A stretch of DNA of 64,000 nucleotides from Minisyncoccia bacterium (lineage in GTDB: Bacteria; Patescibacteriota; Minisyncoccia; UBA6257; 2-01-FULL-56-20). Numbering within the stretch: the first letter of the stretch is position 1; the number at the start of each line of letters is the position of its first letter. Below, one piece after another: positions 52,695 to 63,162 of the stretch. The position numbers were made by a program, and so were the translations under genes. The DNA is taken from positions 2,246 to 66,245 of the forward strand of contig JBEKML010000001.1 of the NCBI GenBank assembly GCA_050008535.1, written 5' to 3'. The notes beneath the pieces were generated by a model. That model was not told where the DNA came from. It did not search any database and saw only the letters and a program-made list of their open reading frames with translations.

Positions 52695-53129
52695 CTACGG
52701 CATCGTTAGTGCCCCCGTGAAGTTGAGATAAAACGCCCGCCGCGCATCGGCATACGCGCCTCTCGCCACCGCAGAAACCACGTTTGCTGTATCGCTACAG
52801 GTGGACGTCGCGACGCCGGAACCGTCGTAACACGTCACCTGGACGGTCGCATCGTTTCCAAGGGCGCCCACCGGCTCCTGTTCCCGTTGCGCCCCCATGC
52901 AACGCGAGGAGCTTGTCGCGTCACAATAAAAATCGAACAGCGCCCATTCGACGCCTGCGTCCGCCGCGAAGATCGCCTTCGCGGAATTTCCCGAATCCCT
53001 CGTCGCCCTTATTTGATAGAGCATCAGAAGCCCGGCGATCGTCGTCGCCCCGAGGATCGCCCCGCTGAACGCGAGGACCGCAATCAGCATTGATTGGCCG
53101 TTTTTTTGGTTCGTTTTTTTCATCAGCAT
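52695..53129 (-). CDS. Minor pilin (PilX-like)
   Basis: 'GQSMLIAVL' hydrophobic helix, 'AIFAADAGVEWAL'. Confidence 0.65.
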   Translation of the reverse strand: MLMKKTNQKNGQSMLIAVLAFSGAILGATTIAGLLMLYQIRATRDSGNSAKAIFAADAGVEWALFDFYCDATSSSRCMGAQREQEPVGALGNDATVQVTCYDGSGVATSTCSDTANVVSAVARGAYADARRAFYLNFTGALTMP

Positions 53130-53725
53130 GAAGCGGTGGGGCCCGACGTACAGTCGATCGCCCGTGCGCTCACGGTCGTCTGTAGGTCCAGCACGGTATT
53201 ATATCCCGGCGTAAGATAGGTCGAGCTCGGACTTACTTCCATGGAGATCGTGATGCGCGGGGTCCAGTTGTCGCCTTCTGTCTGCCCCTGCAGATAAAAA
53301 CTAAGATGCCGGACATCCACGTTATCGCTCGTCACGGGATCAAAGTTCCCGCTCCCGCCGATCTCCCGCTTGATCGCGCCGTTCTCCAGCCGATATTGCA
53401 CTTCCTGGGGCGTCGCACTGAAGAAAGCAATGAGGTTGTCGCACTGCCATGCCCCGCCGTTCTCTACGGTGCAAGCGCGGGCGCACGCTCCGTCGCCTCC
53501 ATCGGGAGTATTGCTCCCGGGAAGGTGGCAAAAAAGATAGCCCGTGCGCATTTCTCTCGCCATCTGTTCCAAGATCAAATTGGCGTTTGACTGGACCGAG
53601 ATCATCGCGGTGATCTGGCGCTGCGTGCGGAGCGCATTCGTGAACCCGCCCCAGGCGACACCGACAAGGATGGAAAACAAGCCGACTGCGATCAATGCTT
53701 CAACCAACGTGAATCCTTTTTTCAT
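53123..53725 (-). CDS. Prepilin-type minor pilin (PilW-like)
   Basis: 'MKKGFTLVEAL' class III signal peptide. Confidence 0.85.
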   Translation of the reverse strand: MKKGFTLVEALIAVGLFSILVGVAWGGFTNALRTQRQITAMISVQSNANLILEQMAREMRTGYLFCHLPGSNTPDGGDGACARACTVENGGAWQCDNLIAFFSATPQEVQYRLENGAIKREIGGSGNFDPVTSDNVDVRHLSFYLQGQTEGDNWTPRITISMEVSPSSTYLTPGYNTVLDLQTTVSARAIDCTSGPTASC

Positions 53726-53732
53726 GGTTGTG

Positions 53733-54290
53733 TTATGGATGCCAATTATAGAAACGGTCTTCAAGATTGATGCTCTGGGAGGCAAGCGGCCCCGTCGACC
53801 ACCGCACGATGGAGCTCACCACGATCTCGTTCGCATTCGGCACGGCGACCCGCACATCCCTTGTAAATACCGTCGCCACCGCACCGGCGGTTACCTGATA
53901 GCTATAAAGATGCGTGTTCGGATCAAGGTTTAAATGGCGGGTGCCGTCATAGGACGCGATCTCGGCGCAGTCGGTGGTCGTGTAGTCAAGCTGGAAGTCA
54001 TTGCCTCCCGTATTCGCCGCTGCCGTACCAAAACAAGAACCCCACCCAAGTCCTGCGGGCGGAACAGCAAGGTGAGCATAAACATCATGATCAATGAGGT
54101 TCTTTGCGATCTCAATCCCCTCGGAGGCCAAGTACGTTGCGACGGCTTCGTCGGCGATCACCCGGCCCAAAAAGAACGATTGGCCAAGCAGCGACGCGAT
54201 GCCGAGAAGGCCCGTCGTAAGCATAGTGAGCGCGATCATCACCTCCAGGAGCGACTGACCCTTATGATGCGAGAATTTCATGCTATTCAA
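53733..54290 (-). CDS. Prepilin-type minor pilin (PilV-like)
   Basis: 'KGQSLLEVMIAL', 'ATYLASEGIE'. Confidence 0.8.
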   Translation of the reverse strand: MNSMKFSHHKGQSLLEVMIALTMLTTGLLGIASLLGQSFFLGRVIADEAVATYLASEGIEIAKNLIDHDVYAHLAVPPAGLGWGSCFGTAAANTGGNDFQLDYTTTDCAEIASYDGTRHLNLDPNTHLYSYQVTAGAVATVFTRDVRVAVPNANEIVVSSIVRWSTGPLASQSINLEDRFYNWHP

Positions 54291-54889
54291 AAACTTATTT
54301 GTCCGGCGGCGTTCACGGAGATCATTGAGCTCGACTTTCCATCAGAAGTCACAAGGTACACGCGGGAGGTCGTGTTCGGCGTCACTTGGGAATCGAGAAA
54401 AGTTCCGCCGTCGCGGCTCATAAGCGTTACGGGTGCCGGCGGATAAAAGAGTACGACAACAAGATCGTCGCCATTTCCCCCTGATCGCAGGCGCACGCCG
54501 TTCATAGGAGAAATATTCCACGAATCAGGCGAGTACTGGACCGTCTCGGTCGAAGGAGAAATGCCCGCAGCCGTTGTCGATGCCGCCCTCGGGCACGGCG
54601 GTACGGAACCGGGACCTCCATACTTTGCAGGGTCGGGATTGAAACCAAAAAGCGAATAGGCGTTTTGAGCCACGTTGAAAGACACTCCGTAGGCGCAGGT
54701 TTTCGGGTTCTGTGCGTAGGTGACAACGGAAAGCTCTTTGGCGCGAAGGATGAACCCGGCGATCTTTGAGGTCTCCACCGAGAGCGCTATCTGATTCCGC
54801 TCGACGCTCGTATAGGTGATCGCAATTCCGGAAAGCAACGCGGAAATGCCGAGGACGATGAGAAGTTCAATAAGAGTAAAACCCTTCAT
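54287..54889 (-). CDS. Prepilin-type minor pilin
   Basis: 'MKGFTLIELLIV'; start moved to 54889. Confidence 0.85.
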   Translation of the reverse strand: MKGFTLIELLIVLGISALLSGIAITYTSVERNQIALSVETSKIAGFILRAKELSVVTYAQNPKTCAYGVSFNVAQNAYSLFGFNPDPAKYGGPGSVPPCPRAASTTAAGISPSTETVQYSPDSWNISPMNGVRLRSGGNGDDLVVVLFYPPAPVTLMSRDGGTFLDSQVTPNTTSRVYLVTSDGKSSSMISVNAAGQISF

Positions 54890-55734
54890 AAGCCTATTAT
54901 ACGAAAATACCATTGAAAAGCGGTGGCGCCGAAAAAAAGAACGAACACGGCGCCCGCGGCGAGGAAGGGCACGAAAGGCACGGCGCTTTTCATGGTTTTC
55001 CGCTTTCCCAAGAGGAGCATGGCGCCGACAAGCCCGCCAAAGACGAAAGCGAAAGCCGAAAGGAAAAGGATGTCCGGCCAGCCAAAAAGAAATCCGAGAG
55101 GAACCGAAAGCGTTACATCCCCGATCCCCATTCCCTTCCCCCGCGTCCCAAGAACAAGAAGTCCAAAAAGGACTGCGCCGAAAAGGGCGCCCACAAGGTG
55201 GCCAAGCCACACGTTCCCATAGAGATAAGCGCCGAAAAGCGCCGCGGGTGCCCCAAAAAACGATTGCTGTTCAGGGCCAAGATAAGCTCCTGCGAAGATC
55301 GCCTCAAAAAGAGCGACGGTGCCGAGGAGCACGACGAGCTCGTCTGGGACGATTTGTAGCCGAAGATCAACGTAAGCGATGAGGAGCAGTATCTCAAAGG
55401 CGAGGATCCAAAGGCCGGAAATAAAATACCATCCCGCGGGGACAAGCCAGGGATAAACAACAAAGTGCAGGGGGACAAAGACGAAAATGGCGGCGGAAAT
55501 GAGTTCCACCAAGGGATAGCGAAAGCCGATTTTTGCTCCGCAGCTCCGGCATCTTCCGCGCTGAATGGCAAAACTTGCGAGCGGAATGAGTTCGAACCAG
55601 CGAAGGGTGTGCTTACAATGGGGGCAGCGCGAGCGGCCGCCGACATGCCAGCCACCATCATAGCGCAAGGCGAGCACGTTCAAAAAACTCCCCACCGCAA
55701 GGCCGAAAAGGAAAAGAAAAACAAAGGCCGCCAT
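54886..55734 (-). CDS. pilD: Prepilin peptidase
   Basis: 'GSFLNV', 'RSRCPHC...GRCRSC', 'GMGIGDV', 'PFVPFL'. Confidence 0.92.
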   Translation of the reverse strand: MAAFVFLFLFGLAVGSFLNVLALRYDGGWHVGGRSRCPHCKHTLRWFELIPLASFAIQRGRCRSCGAKIGFRYPLVELISAAIFVFVPLHFVVYPWLVPAGWYFISGLWILAFEILLLIAYVDLRLQIVPDELVVLLGTVALFEAIFAGAYLGPEQQSFFGAPAALFGAYLYGNVWLGHLVGALFGAVLFGLLVLGTRGKGMGIGDVTLSVPLGFLFGWPDILFLSAFAFVFGGLVGAMLLLGKRKTMKSAVPFVPFLAAGAVFVLFFGATAFQWYFRIIGL

Positions 55735-55751
55735 GAAATTATTGTACCATG

Positions 55752-55786
55752 CAAAACCGCATCCCCATCAGGGGAATGCGGTTTTG
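55752..55786 (-). terminator. Intrinsic terminator after the major pilin
   Basis: CAAAACCGCATCCCC-atca-GGGGAATGCGGTTTTG. Confidence 0.7.
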
Positions 55787-55809
55787 GTTCGCGGCACAGA
55801 AACAAAAAA

Positions 55810-56340
55810 TTATAGCGCGACGCAATAGGTGGCGCTGCCCGCAGGAAGAACTTTGCTGCAGCCGGTGTCGGGAACAATCGATACTGCATCCGTTATCCAT
55901 ATGTATCCAGCTGCGGATGGCGCAGTGTAGCCGTTGAAGACGCTGTTACTCGGGTTTTCAAGCGCCACGCCGAGAACGTAAGCCGTATTGCCGGAGTTAT
56001 AAGCGTAACCGTACGACCGATTCGAGCTCGGATCGCCCGGAATAGCGCTCACGCCGATGCCGGCCGCCGTGAGCATGCTCCCAAAACCGGTCCAGGTGGC
56101 CGGGCTTGGAGCGGCAGTGCTGCAAGCGCCGCCGGAAACGTTTCCGGGATAGTAACCGCACTTGTTGTAGAAGAGTTCAAGAGCGTTCTGTACTTGGCGG
56201 ATGTCGGAAAGGCGGCGCGCGTCGCGACCCGCCTGTTGCGTAGGACCGAGACCCACAAGGACCACCGACGCCAAGATAGCAATGATCGCGACAACGATCA
56301 ATATTTCAATAAGGGTAAAGCCCTGTCTTTTTTTGTTCAT
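55810..56340 (-). CDS. Probable major type IV pilin
   Basis: 'QGFTLIEILIVVAIIAILA', 'GRDARRLSD'; has its own SD (AAGGAG) and terminator. Confidence 0.85.
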   Translation of the reverse strand: MNKKRQGFTLIEILIVVAIIAILASVVLVGLGPTQQAGRDARRLSDIRQVQNALELFYNKCGYYPGNVSGGACSTAAPSPATWTGFGSMLTAAGIGVSAIPGDPSSNRSYGYAYNSGNTAYVLGVALENPSNSVFNGYTAPSAAGYIWITDAVSIVPDTGCSKVLPAGSATYCVAL

Positions 56341-56417
56341 TCTCCTTGAAACAAATCTTTCGACCTTTTCGTTGGTTGCTTTTCCATTATAACACAGGAA
56401 CCCCGATCCGACGGCTT

Positions 56418-57629
56418 CTAATGGATGCTCGACGTTAAACTGTAGATGGGGATAAGAATGGAAGCAAAGAGAAACCCCACCATAAGGCCCATCACTATCA
56501 TCAAAATGGGCTGGATAAGGTCAACCAAGTTGTTTGTTACCTGGTCGGCCTCGCGAGTATAGGTTGCCGCAAGCCGTCTGAACATTTCCTCCATTTTCCC
56601 CGTGCTTTCCCCCACCCCCACCATCTGCGAAACGACCGGCGGGAAAAACTGCGGATACGCCGCGATACTTTCCGAAAGAAGTTTTCCCTGCCGCACGTCG
56701 TCGGCAATGTCATGGATAACGTCTTTATAGAGGATATTCCCCACCATGTGCCCGATGATCTCGAGTGTCTGTTCGATGGGGATGCCGCCGTGGATCAAAA
56801 GCGCCGCTGAATTCCCGAATCGCGCCATGATGACCGGAAGATACACTTTTTTTGCGATGGGCAGCCGGATCTTAGAATCGTCGAGAAGCGCTTTTCCTTC
56901 GTCGGTCCCAAAATAGTCCGTGAGAGCAAGGCCGGACATAGCGACGGCGACGAGAATCACCACCCACCATTTCGCCAAAAAATTCCCCGTATTAAGAAGA
57001 GCTTGCGTATACCACGGTAATGATATGTCGTTCTGGGTAAACACCACTCCGATGGAAGGGAAAACGAACGTAATAAGGATAAAGGCGACCACCAAAAAAA
57101 GCAGGAGCACGATGGCGGGATAAATGAGCGCCGAGGATGCCTTGCTTGCAAGGTTTCCCTCGCGTTCGGTGTAATCGGCAAGGAAGCCGACGATCTCGTT
57201 CAAATTTCCCGTTACCTCCGCAGCGCGCACCATCTCTACATAGAAATGGGGGAATATCGTCCCTTGGCGCTCGAGCGCTTGAGAGAAGGAAAGTCCGGAA
57301 TCGATATCTTCCGAAACCTGGTAGACCGCTTCCTTCAAAAGTTTGTTCGCGGTCTGTTCGTAAAGGATCTTCAGGGCGTTGTTCAGGGGAAGCCGCGCCT
57401 CAAGGAGCGTCGCAAGCTGGCGCACGAAAACTATCATGTCTTTGCGGCGCACCCGGTTCAAAAGCGAAGACAGCCGGTCCGCAATGCCGGGGCTTTCCGC
57501 GGACTCAACGCTCAAAACAAAAAGGTCGTGACTTGTAAGAATATTGAGCGCGCCGTCACGGCTTCCTGCGTCCACAAATCCCACCTGCGGCTCCCCTTCC
57601 TTAGTTTTTGCCTGATATTTGAACCTCAT
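56418..57629 (-). CDS. pilC: Type IV pilus inner-membrane platform protein (PilC/GspF)
   Basis: 'RQLATLL', 'AEVTGNL', 'ALIYP', 'VGESTGKM'. Confidence 0.9.
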   Translation of the reverse strand: MRFKYQAKTKEGEPQVGFVDAGSRDGALNILTSHDLFVLSVESAESPGIADRLSSLLNRVRRKDMIVFVRQLATLLEARLPLNNALKILYEQTANKLLKEAVYQVSEDIDSGLSFSQALERQGTIFPHFYVEMVRAAEVTGNLNEIVGFLADYTEREGNLASKASSALIYPAIVLLLFLVVAFILITFVFPSIGVVFTQNDISLPWYTQALLNTGNFLAKWWVVILVAVAMSGLALTDYFGTDEGKALLDDSKIRLPIAKKVYLPVIMARFGNSAALLIHGGIPIEQTLEIIGHMVGNILYKDVIHDIADDVRQGKLLSESIAAYPQFFPPVVSQMVGVGESTGKMEEMFRRLAATYTREADQVTNNLVDLIQPILMIVMGLMVGFLFASILIPIYSLTSSIH

Positions 57630-57638
57630 TCCTGCTTG

Positions 57639-58715
57639 CTATGTTCTTTCAAGAAGGATCCGGAGCTCCGCCGGGTTCAACGAATACAGCTCGGCGTTCT
57701 CGAGCGTGATCTCCTTGTTCTTCACAAGATTCACGAGCGCCCGGTTCAAGGTCACCATGCCTTCCTGGAGTGAAGTCTCTATCACAAGGTCTATCTGGTA
57801 GGTCTTCCGCTCGCGAATGAGGTTTCGGATGGCGGGATTCACGATCATGATCTCCATTGCGGGGATACGCCCGCCCGAAATGCGCGGCAGGAGCCGTTCG
57901 GAAACGATCGCGACGAGCGTGGCCGCAAGCTGCGAGGTCACCTGGCTCTGTTGCTCGGCAGGGAAAGAATCAATGATGCGGTCAACGGTCTGTGAGGCGG
58001 AGTTTGTATGTAAGGTGGAGAGTACCAAATGGCCCGTCTCCGCCGCGGTCATCGCTGTGGAGATTGAAACGGTATCGCGCATCTCGCCGATCATAACCAC
58101 GTCCGGGTCCTGCCGGAGCACGGTGCGAAGCGCAGAATGGAAACCGACCGTATCGCTTCCCACCTCACGTTGCGATACGATGCATTTATCTTGGACAAAG
58201 AGATACTCCACCGGGTCCTCGATCGTAATGATGTGGTCCGAGCGCATATGATTGACCTCGTCAAGGACCGCGGCGAGCGTGGAAGATTTTCCGTGTCCCG
58301 CCGGCCCCACAATAAGAATGAATCCCTGGGACAATTTGGCGAAATCGTGGAGGATCGGCGGCAAGTTAAGTTCTTCAATAGTACGGATACGCGCGGGCAC
58401 CAGGCGCAATGCCGCCGCCAGGTATCCGCGCTGGAAATAGATATTCACGCGGAAACGCGCCTTGTCTTCAAAGCTGTAAGCGAGGTCGAGCTGCCGGTCG
58501 GCAAGCAGTTTCTGCTTCTGGGGGCCCGTGATAAGCTCGCCAATGATGCCCTCGGCTATGTCGGGCGTAAGGATCGGTTCTTTCTGGAGCGGCACGAGTG
58601 CGCCGTCAATGCGCAGCGTGGGCCGGCGCCCCACCGCGATGTGGAGATCCGACGCGTTCTGCCGCGCGCACGTCGTCAGCAAGTCGTTCAGTTTTGCCTT
58701 ATAATCTTCCGCCAT
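57639..58715 (-). CDS. pilT: Pilus retraction ATPase
   Basis: 'ASDLHI', 'GPAGHGKS', 'TIEDPVE', 'LRQDPDV', 'AAETGHLV', 'AIRNLIRE'. Confidence 0.95.
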   Translation of the reverse strand: MAEDYKAKLNDLLTTCARQNASDLHIAVGRRPTLRIDGALVPLQKEPILTPDIAEGIIGELITGPQKQKLLADRQLDLAYSFEDKARFRVNIYFQRGYLAAALRLVPARIRTIEELNLPPILHDFAKLSQGFILIVGPAGHGKSSTLAAVLDEVNHMRSDHIITIEDPVEYLFVQDKCIVSQREVGSDTVGFHSALRTVLRQDPDVVMIGEMRDTVSISTAMTAAETGHLVLSTLHTNSASQTVDRIIDSFPAEQQSQVTSQLAATLVAIVSERLLPRISGGRIPAMEIMIVNPAIRNLIRERKTYQIDLVIETSLQEGMVTLNRALVNLVKNKEITLENAELYSLNPAELRILLERT

Positions 58716-58737
58716 CTTTTCTGTAAGTATAACACAG

Positions 58738-60462
58738 CTACGCTTCCTCCGTTTCCCGTATCACTTCTTCCATCAACGTAATGCCATCAAGCGCTTTCAT
58801 AACGCCATCCTGCCGCAATGTAATCATTCCCTGACGTTTCGCTTCGGCCGTAATTTTCTGGGTAGTGGCGCCGTTCGCAATAATCTCCCCCAAAGCCGGC
58901 GTCATGCGAAATACTTCATAGATCGCTACGCGGTCCACAATTCCCTTGCCCTTGCAGATCTCACAGCCCTTCGTATGCCAAACCTTATACGGCGCCGGAT
59001 ATTTTGACGCAACTTCCGGCCGTACGCCCTCAAGCGTCCGCGTAATAACCTTTTGAAGTTCCGGCGACGCTTCTTCCTGAAACTTGCAATTGGAGCAGAT
59101 CTGTCCCACAAGACGCTGGGCCATCATCAGATTGAGCGAAACAGGAAGCAGGAAAGGCTCCACCTTCATATCAATAAGGCGCGGGATAACCCCTGCGGCA
59201 TTGTTCGTGTGAAGCGTAGAGAGCACGATGTGGCCCGTAAGCGCGGCCTGGACGGCGAGTCCCGCCGTTTCGTCGTCGCGAATCTCGCCGACCATCACAA
59301 TGTCCGGGTCCTGCCGCAGGATCTGCCGGAGCCCCGAGGCAAAATCATAACCGATCTCCGGACGCACCTGCGACTGATTGACGCCTGCGACGAAGTATTC
59401 CACCGGATCTTCCAAGCTTACGATATTGACCGCCTCCTGGTTCAGTTTCTTCAAGAATGCATACAGCGTCGTTGTTTTCCCCGATCCCGTCGGCCCCGTC
59501 ACGAGCACCATGCCAAACGGCCGCTCAAGCCCCGCTTTCACCATTTCAAGATTGCCGTAATGGAGCGGAAGATTCTCAAATTCCTTCAATCCTTTTGAGG
59601 GATCGAGCACGCGGATTGCCACCTTCTCGCCAAGCGGGGTGGGAAAGGTCGCCACGCGGAAATCAACGTCGCGGCCCGCGATCCTTGCCCGGAAACGGCC
59701 GTCCTGTGGGATTCTTGCTTCGTCGATCTTCAAACTGGAAATGACCTTCACGCGCGAGACGATCGGCTGCGAAAGTTGCGTAGGCAAGGACGCCACCTGG
59801 TGCAGGTCGCCATTATTTCTGAGGCGGATACGCAGGTAGTTCTCCTGGGGTTCAATATGGATGTCCGAAGCTCCGGAGAGCACTGCTTCGCGGAAGGTGT
59901 CCGCAACGATCTTGATCACCGGCGCTTCTTCCCCGCCCGTTGCATCCTCCAGGCTGACCATCCTCCGGACGCCTTCCCCTTCTTTAAGGTTCAGCGACTG
60001 GACGGCGTTCGCGATGGTCGCCCGATAAGGAGAATATTTTTTAAGGATTTCTTCCCAGTCGCCGTACGAAATAAGATATACGCCAAGATTGAGATGATTC
60101 TGCCGTGCGACGAACTTCAACACGTCCTGCGCTTTGGGATCGTCGGGATGGAGCATTCCTACAACAAGAAGATTGTCTTGAAGCGCGATGGGAATCGCCT
60201 GATAGGTTCTCGCCGTCTCTTCCGAAACAAGCTCGAAGAGCTTCGCGTCAACGTCCGTAGGGGAAATCTTTTTATAGGGAACTTTCAAGAGCGCGCTTTT
60301 GAGTTCGGCGATCTTCGTGTCGGGAACCGCGCGCTGCTTCGCGATTACCGCTTCTATTGAATCGCCGCTTATAAGCGCCTCGCGCGCGAGCCGTTTCGCA
60401 AGGGCCTCGTCAACAAGCCCCTTCGCCTGCATCTGTTTCAAAAGTTCTTCGGAGGTCATCAT
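58738..60462 (-). CDS. pilB: Pilus assembly ATPase (PilB/GspE)
   Basis: 'ASDIHIEP', 'PQDGR', 'GPTGSGKTTTL', 'LRQDPD', tetracysteine motif. Confidence 0.92.
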   Translation of the reverse strand: MMTSEELLKQMQAKGLVDEALAKRLAREALISGDSIEAVIAKQRAVPDTKIAELKSALLKVPYKKISPTDVDAKLFELVSEETARTYQAIPIALQDNLLVVGMLHPDDPKAQDVLKFVARQNHLNLGVYLISYGDWEEILKKYSPYRATIANAVQSLNLKEGEGVRRMVSLEDATGGEEAPVIKIVADTFREAVLSGASDIHIEPQENYLRIRLRNNGDLHQVASLPTQLSQPIVSRVKVISSLKIDEARIPQDGRFRARIAGRDVDFRVATFPTPLGEKVAIRVLDPSKGLKEFENLPLHYGNLEMVKAGLERPFGMVLVTGPTGSGKTTTLYAFLKKLNQEAVNIVSLEDPVEYFVAGVNQSQVRPEIGYDFASGLRQILRQDPDIVMVGEIRDDETAGLAVQAALTGHIVLSTLHTNNAAGVIPRLIDMKVEPFLLPVSLNLMMAQRLVGQICSNCKFQEEASPELQKVITRTLEGVRPEVASKYPAPYKVWHTKGCEICKGKGIVDRVAIYEVFRMTPALGEIIANGATTQKITAEAKRQGMITLRQDGVMKALDGITLMEEVIRETEEA

Positions 60463-60487
60463 GATACCTCTATTTTAACACAACGCA

Positions 60488-60506
60488 GCGCAGAGCAGGA
60501 TTCGAA
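60488..60506 (-). other. Orphan tRNA 3'-half fragment
   Basis: Reverse complement TTCGAATCCTGCTCTGCGC; no 5' half. Confidence 0.5.
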
Positions 60507-60547
60507 TTCGTCCCGGCACTTCAAAACGCTTTTGCTTTGCCGCAGCC

Positions 60548-60853
60548 TTACGGCGCCACGAACGGGTTCGCGCGGCCGACCGCGGCGGGACCCTGCGGGG
60601 AAGGCAGCGGGAACGTAGGCGGCTTCAATAACTGGAACCCGGGGCTATTGAGCACGTCCTCCGGATGGAGGGTCGCCTGCGAAATAGGCGCGATATTCTG
60701 AAGTCCTTCGGGAGGCACAACGATCACGAGCGACGGAGGAGCAACGAAGAAAAGGTAATAGATCGCAACGCCCAAAACTCCAATGACCACAAGCCACCCT
60801 ATGAGGCGGGGGAGGTTCACCTTGCTTCTTTTTTCTTCAATAAGGATGGCCAT
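60548..60853 (-). CDS. Small single-TM pilus-cluster protein (PilP position)
   Basis: TM segment and C-terminal 'GRANPF'; follows pilMNO. Confidence 0.6.
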   Translation of the reverse strand: MAILIEEKRSKVNLPRLIGWLVVIGVLGVAIYYLFFVAPPSLVIVVPPEGLQNIAPISQATLHPEDVLNSPGFQLLKPPTFPLPSPQGPAAVGRANPFVAP

Positions 60854-60859
60854 GGATAA

Positions 60860-61489
60860 TTAAGGGACCTGATAATAAGTGGTGACCGTAAAGTTATAAG
60901 TGAAAAAATCGGGGGTAACTTGGGCTCCTTTCCCGCCAATGGCGATGCCGGATGCCGCTTGGGTTGAGAGCGTGGTCAGGTCGAAAACGCGGATGTTGGT
61001 TTCAAGCTGCGAAAAGAAATTTTTAAAATTTTCGTAGCTTCCAAGGGCCGTGATTTGGAGCGAGAGGGCTCCCGTTGGTTTTATGATCTGGATTTCCTCG
61101 ACCGACGTGGAGGCGCTTCCTCTTTGGGCTTGATTTGGCACCTGCACCGTCGGCGGATTAATCCCCACATTCTGGATTACGATGTTGTTGTTTTGGGCGA
61201 TACCATAGACCTCCGCGAGCGCCATCGCCACATTCGGCCCCGTGGGCATTGCGAGCGCAAGGTTGTTCTCTGCCAGGCTCTCATTCTGGTATTGGCTGAT
61301 CAATTTTTTCGCCTGGGCGACCACTTGCTGTTCGTGGTCAAAGAGAGTTTGATTGCTCAATACTGTCGCTTTTTTTGTCTGAAGATCCCCGTACGTCGGT
61401 TGGATGAGGTCAAAAAAGATGAACAACGCAGCCGCGAGGAAAACGAGGGAGAGAATCATACTTGAAAGCCGTTTTGAACTTTGTTTCAT
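60860..61489 (-). CDS. pilO: PilO-like pilus alignment protein
   Basis: TM, coiled coil, 'GSYENFKNFFSQLETNIR'. Confidence 0.7.
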   Translation of the reverse strand: MKQSSKRLSSMILSLVFLAAALFIFFDLIQPTYGDLQTKKATVLSNQTLFDHEQQVVAQAKKLISQYQNESLAENNLALAMPTGPNVAMALAEVYGIAQNNNIVIQNVGINPPTVQVPNQAQRGSASTSVEEIQIIKPTGALSLQITALGSYENFKNFFSQLETNIRVFDLTTLSTQAASGIAIGGKGAQVTPDFFTYNFTVTTYYQVP

Positions 61490-61502
61490 GGTATGAGGAT
61501 GA

Positions 61503-62060
61503 TTATGGCGATTGGCGAAGGGTAAGCGACGGATCCATGGTAAGGATCATATTGAATTGCCACTGCCCGCCCGTGGCGGAAAGAACGACCGACGAGAGAT
61601 CCACGGCCCTCACTTCGGGGGCGGCCTCAAAAATCGCGGCTTGCTGATTCACGTCCGCTTCGGTCTTTGCGGCCCCGGAGAGTGCGATCTTGTTCCCTGC
61701 CGAAAAAGCGAGGTGCGAATAATACACATTTGCTTCGGTGTTCTTCTCAAGCCAAGAGAGGAAGCGGGAAAAAACGACGTGATTCGCGACGGCAGTCTTA
61801 ACATTCACGATCTCCGAATAAAAGGTGATGAACTTCGCCCGGTCATCCGAGGAAATTGATTTTGTAAGCGTGTTGATCTGGGTGCTCAATTGCGCGGTCT
61901 GCGCGTCGAGGTACGGCTCATAGCCGAAGGTAAGGCCGAAGTAAACCGCGAGCGCGATCGCAAGGATCCCGCAGGAGAACGTAAGCAAACCCAAGGACCA
62001 TCCCGGCGTTTCGGGAGGTTCCCTGGTTAAGCGATCAATGACTTGTTGAGGAAGGGCCAT
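61503..62060 (-). CDS. PilN-like pilus alignment protein
   Basis: Single TM, coiled coil and beta-rich C-terminus; lies between pilM and pilO. Confidence 0.6.
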   Translation of the reverse strand: MALPQQVIDRLTREPPETPGWSLGLLTFSCGILAIALAVYFGLTFGYEPYLDAQTAQLSTQINTLTKSISSDDRAKFITFYSEIVNVKTAVANHVVFSRFLSWLEKNTEANVYYSHLAFSAGNKIALSGAAKTEADVNQQAAIFEAAPEVRAVDLSSVVLSATGGQWQFNMILTMDPSLTLRQSP

Positions 62061-62070
62061 GTTGCAAAAT

Positions 62071-63123
62071 TTATATAAATTCTTTCAAGCCGAGCCCCAG
62101 GGCAATGCTCATCACCGGATTTAATTCCGCAACGAGCGGGGCGATCTCGGGAGCGTATTCAAATCGCAGGAAGGGGGTTGCTTTCACGATCGGCATCCCG
62201 AACTCCCGTTCAAAATACTTTTCGATGCCCAAAAGGTTTGCCCCGCCGCCCGAGAGCATGAGCCGTTCTATCTTCCGCGCCGCAGGAAACTGCTGCGCAT
62301 AGATGAACTGCGTTTTCTTCACTTCACTAATTATAGCATCTAAAAACGGCAACATTATTGTGGACAATTCATAGCTTGGACCGGTGCCTATAATGCCTCG
62401 TTCCTTCTTGAGTTCTTCGGCACGCGCCGGATTAATGCTCAAACTGGTTGCCAGGGCCTGGGTAAGCGAGGCCGAAGCGAAATCGCCCTGTGCGCTCCAA
62501 ATGAGCCTTCCCTGATCAAGAAAAATGACGTTGGTCGATTGGCTCCCGATATCCACCGCCATGGTCGGCGTGGGATCTCCCCCCAGGATCCGCGCAAGGC
62601 TTACGCTCTCGATCTCAAGCGCGCGGAGAGAAAGCCCCGCCCCTTTAAATATCCTTTGATATTTTGCGATTTGTTCTTTTGGGACGGAGATAAGCAGGAT
62701 CTTTTGGTGCATAAAACCCTTGTCGTCTTCGTAATCTCCAACCTTCATCCAATCAAGTGCGACCTCCGAAAGCGGCAACGGCACATATTGTTTCGCCTGG
62801 TACACCATTGCTTTCTCCACTTCTGCCGGTTCCATCTGCGGAAAATCAATGACGGTGGTAAAAGCGGAAAAGGGAGGCAGCGATGCGAGCGCAAGTTTCG
62901 TTGATGTTCCCATCTGCTTTATGACGGTCTTCAAAAATTCAATCACGTCCGATTCGAAAATTTTCAGACTGCTTGTCTGTAACGCCTGGTTGGCACGCGA
63001 AAGATATCCACTTGACTCCAGAAGGCCGTAGTTTGTGACCTGCGGGCGGGCTCCGCCTCCTCTCACTTCAACAACTTTGATGGAGGTCGTTCCAATATCA
63101 ACGCCGAGATATGAACTTGCCAT
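62071..63123 (-). CDS. pilM: Type IV pilus assembly protein PilM
   Basis: 'LGVDIGTTSIKVVE', 'VDIGSQST', 'LSGGGANL', 'ALGLGL'. Confidence 0.92.
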   Translation of the reverse strand: MASSYLGVDIGTTSIKVVEVRGGGARPQVTNYGLLESSGYLSRANQALQTSSLKIFESDVIEFLKTVIKQMGTSTKLALASLPPFSAFTTVIDFPQMEPAEVEKAMVYQAKQYVPLPLSEVALDWMKVGDYEDDKGFMHQKILLISVPKEQIAKYQRIFKGAGLSLRALEIESVSLARILGGDPTPTMAVDIGSQSTNVIFLDQGRLIWSAQGDFASASLTQALATSLSINPARAEELKKERGIIGTGPSYELSTIMLPFLDAIISEVKKTQFIYAQQFPAARKIERLMLSGGGANLLGIEKYFEREFGMPIVKATPFLRFEYAPEIAPLVAELNPVMSIALGLGLKEFI

Positions 63124-63162
63124 TTAAGCTCTTTTTAATGCCTGATTTCCTATTATCATACC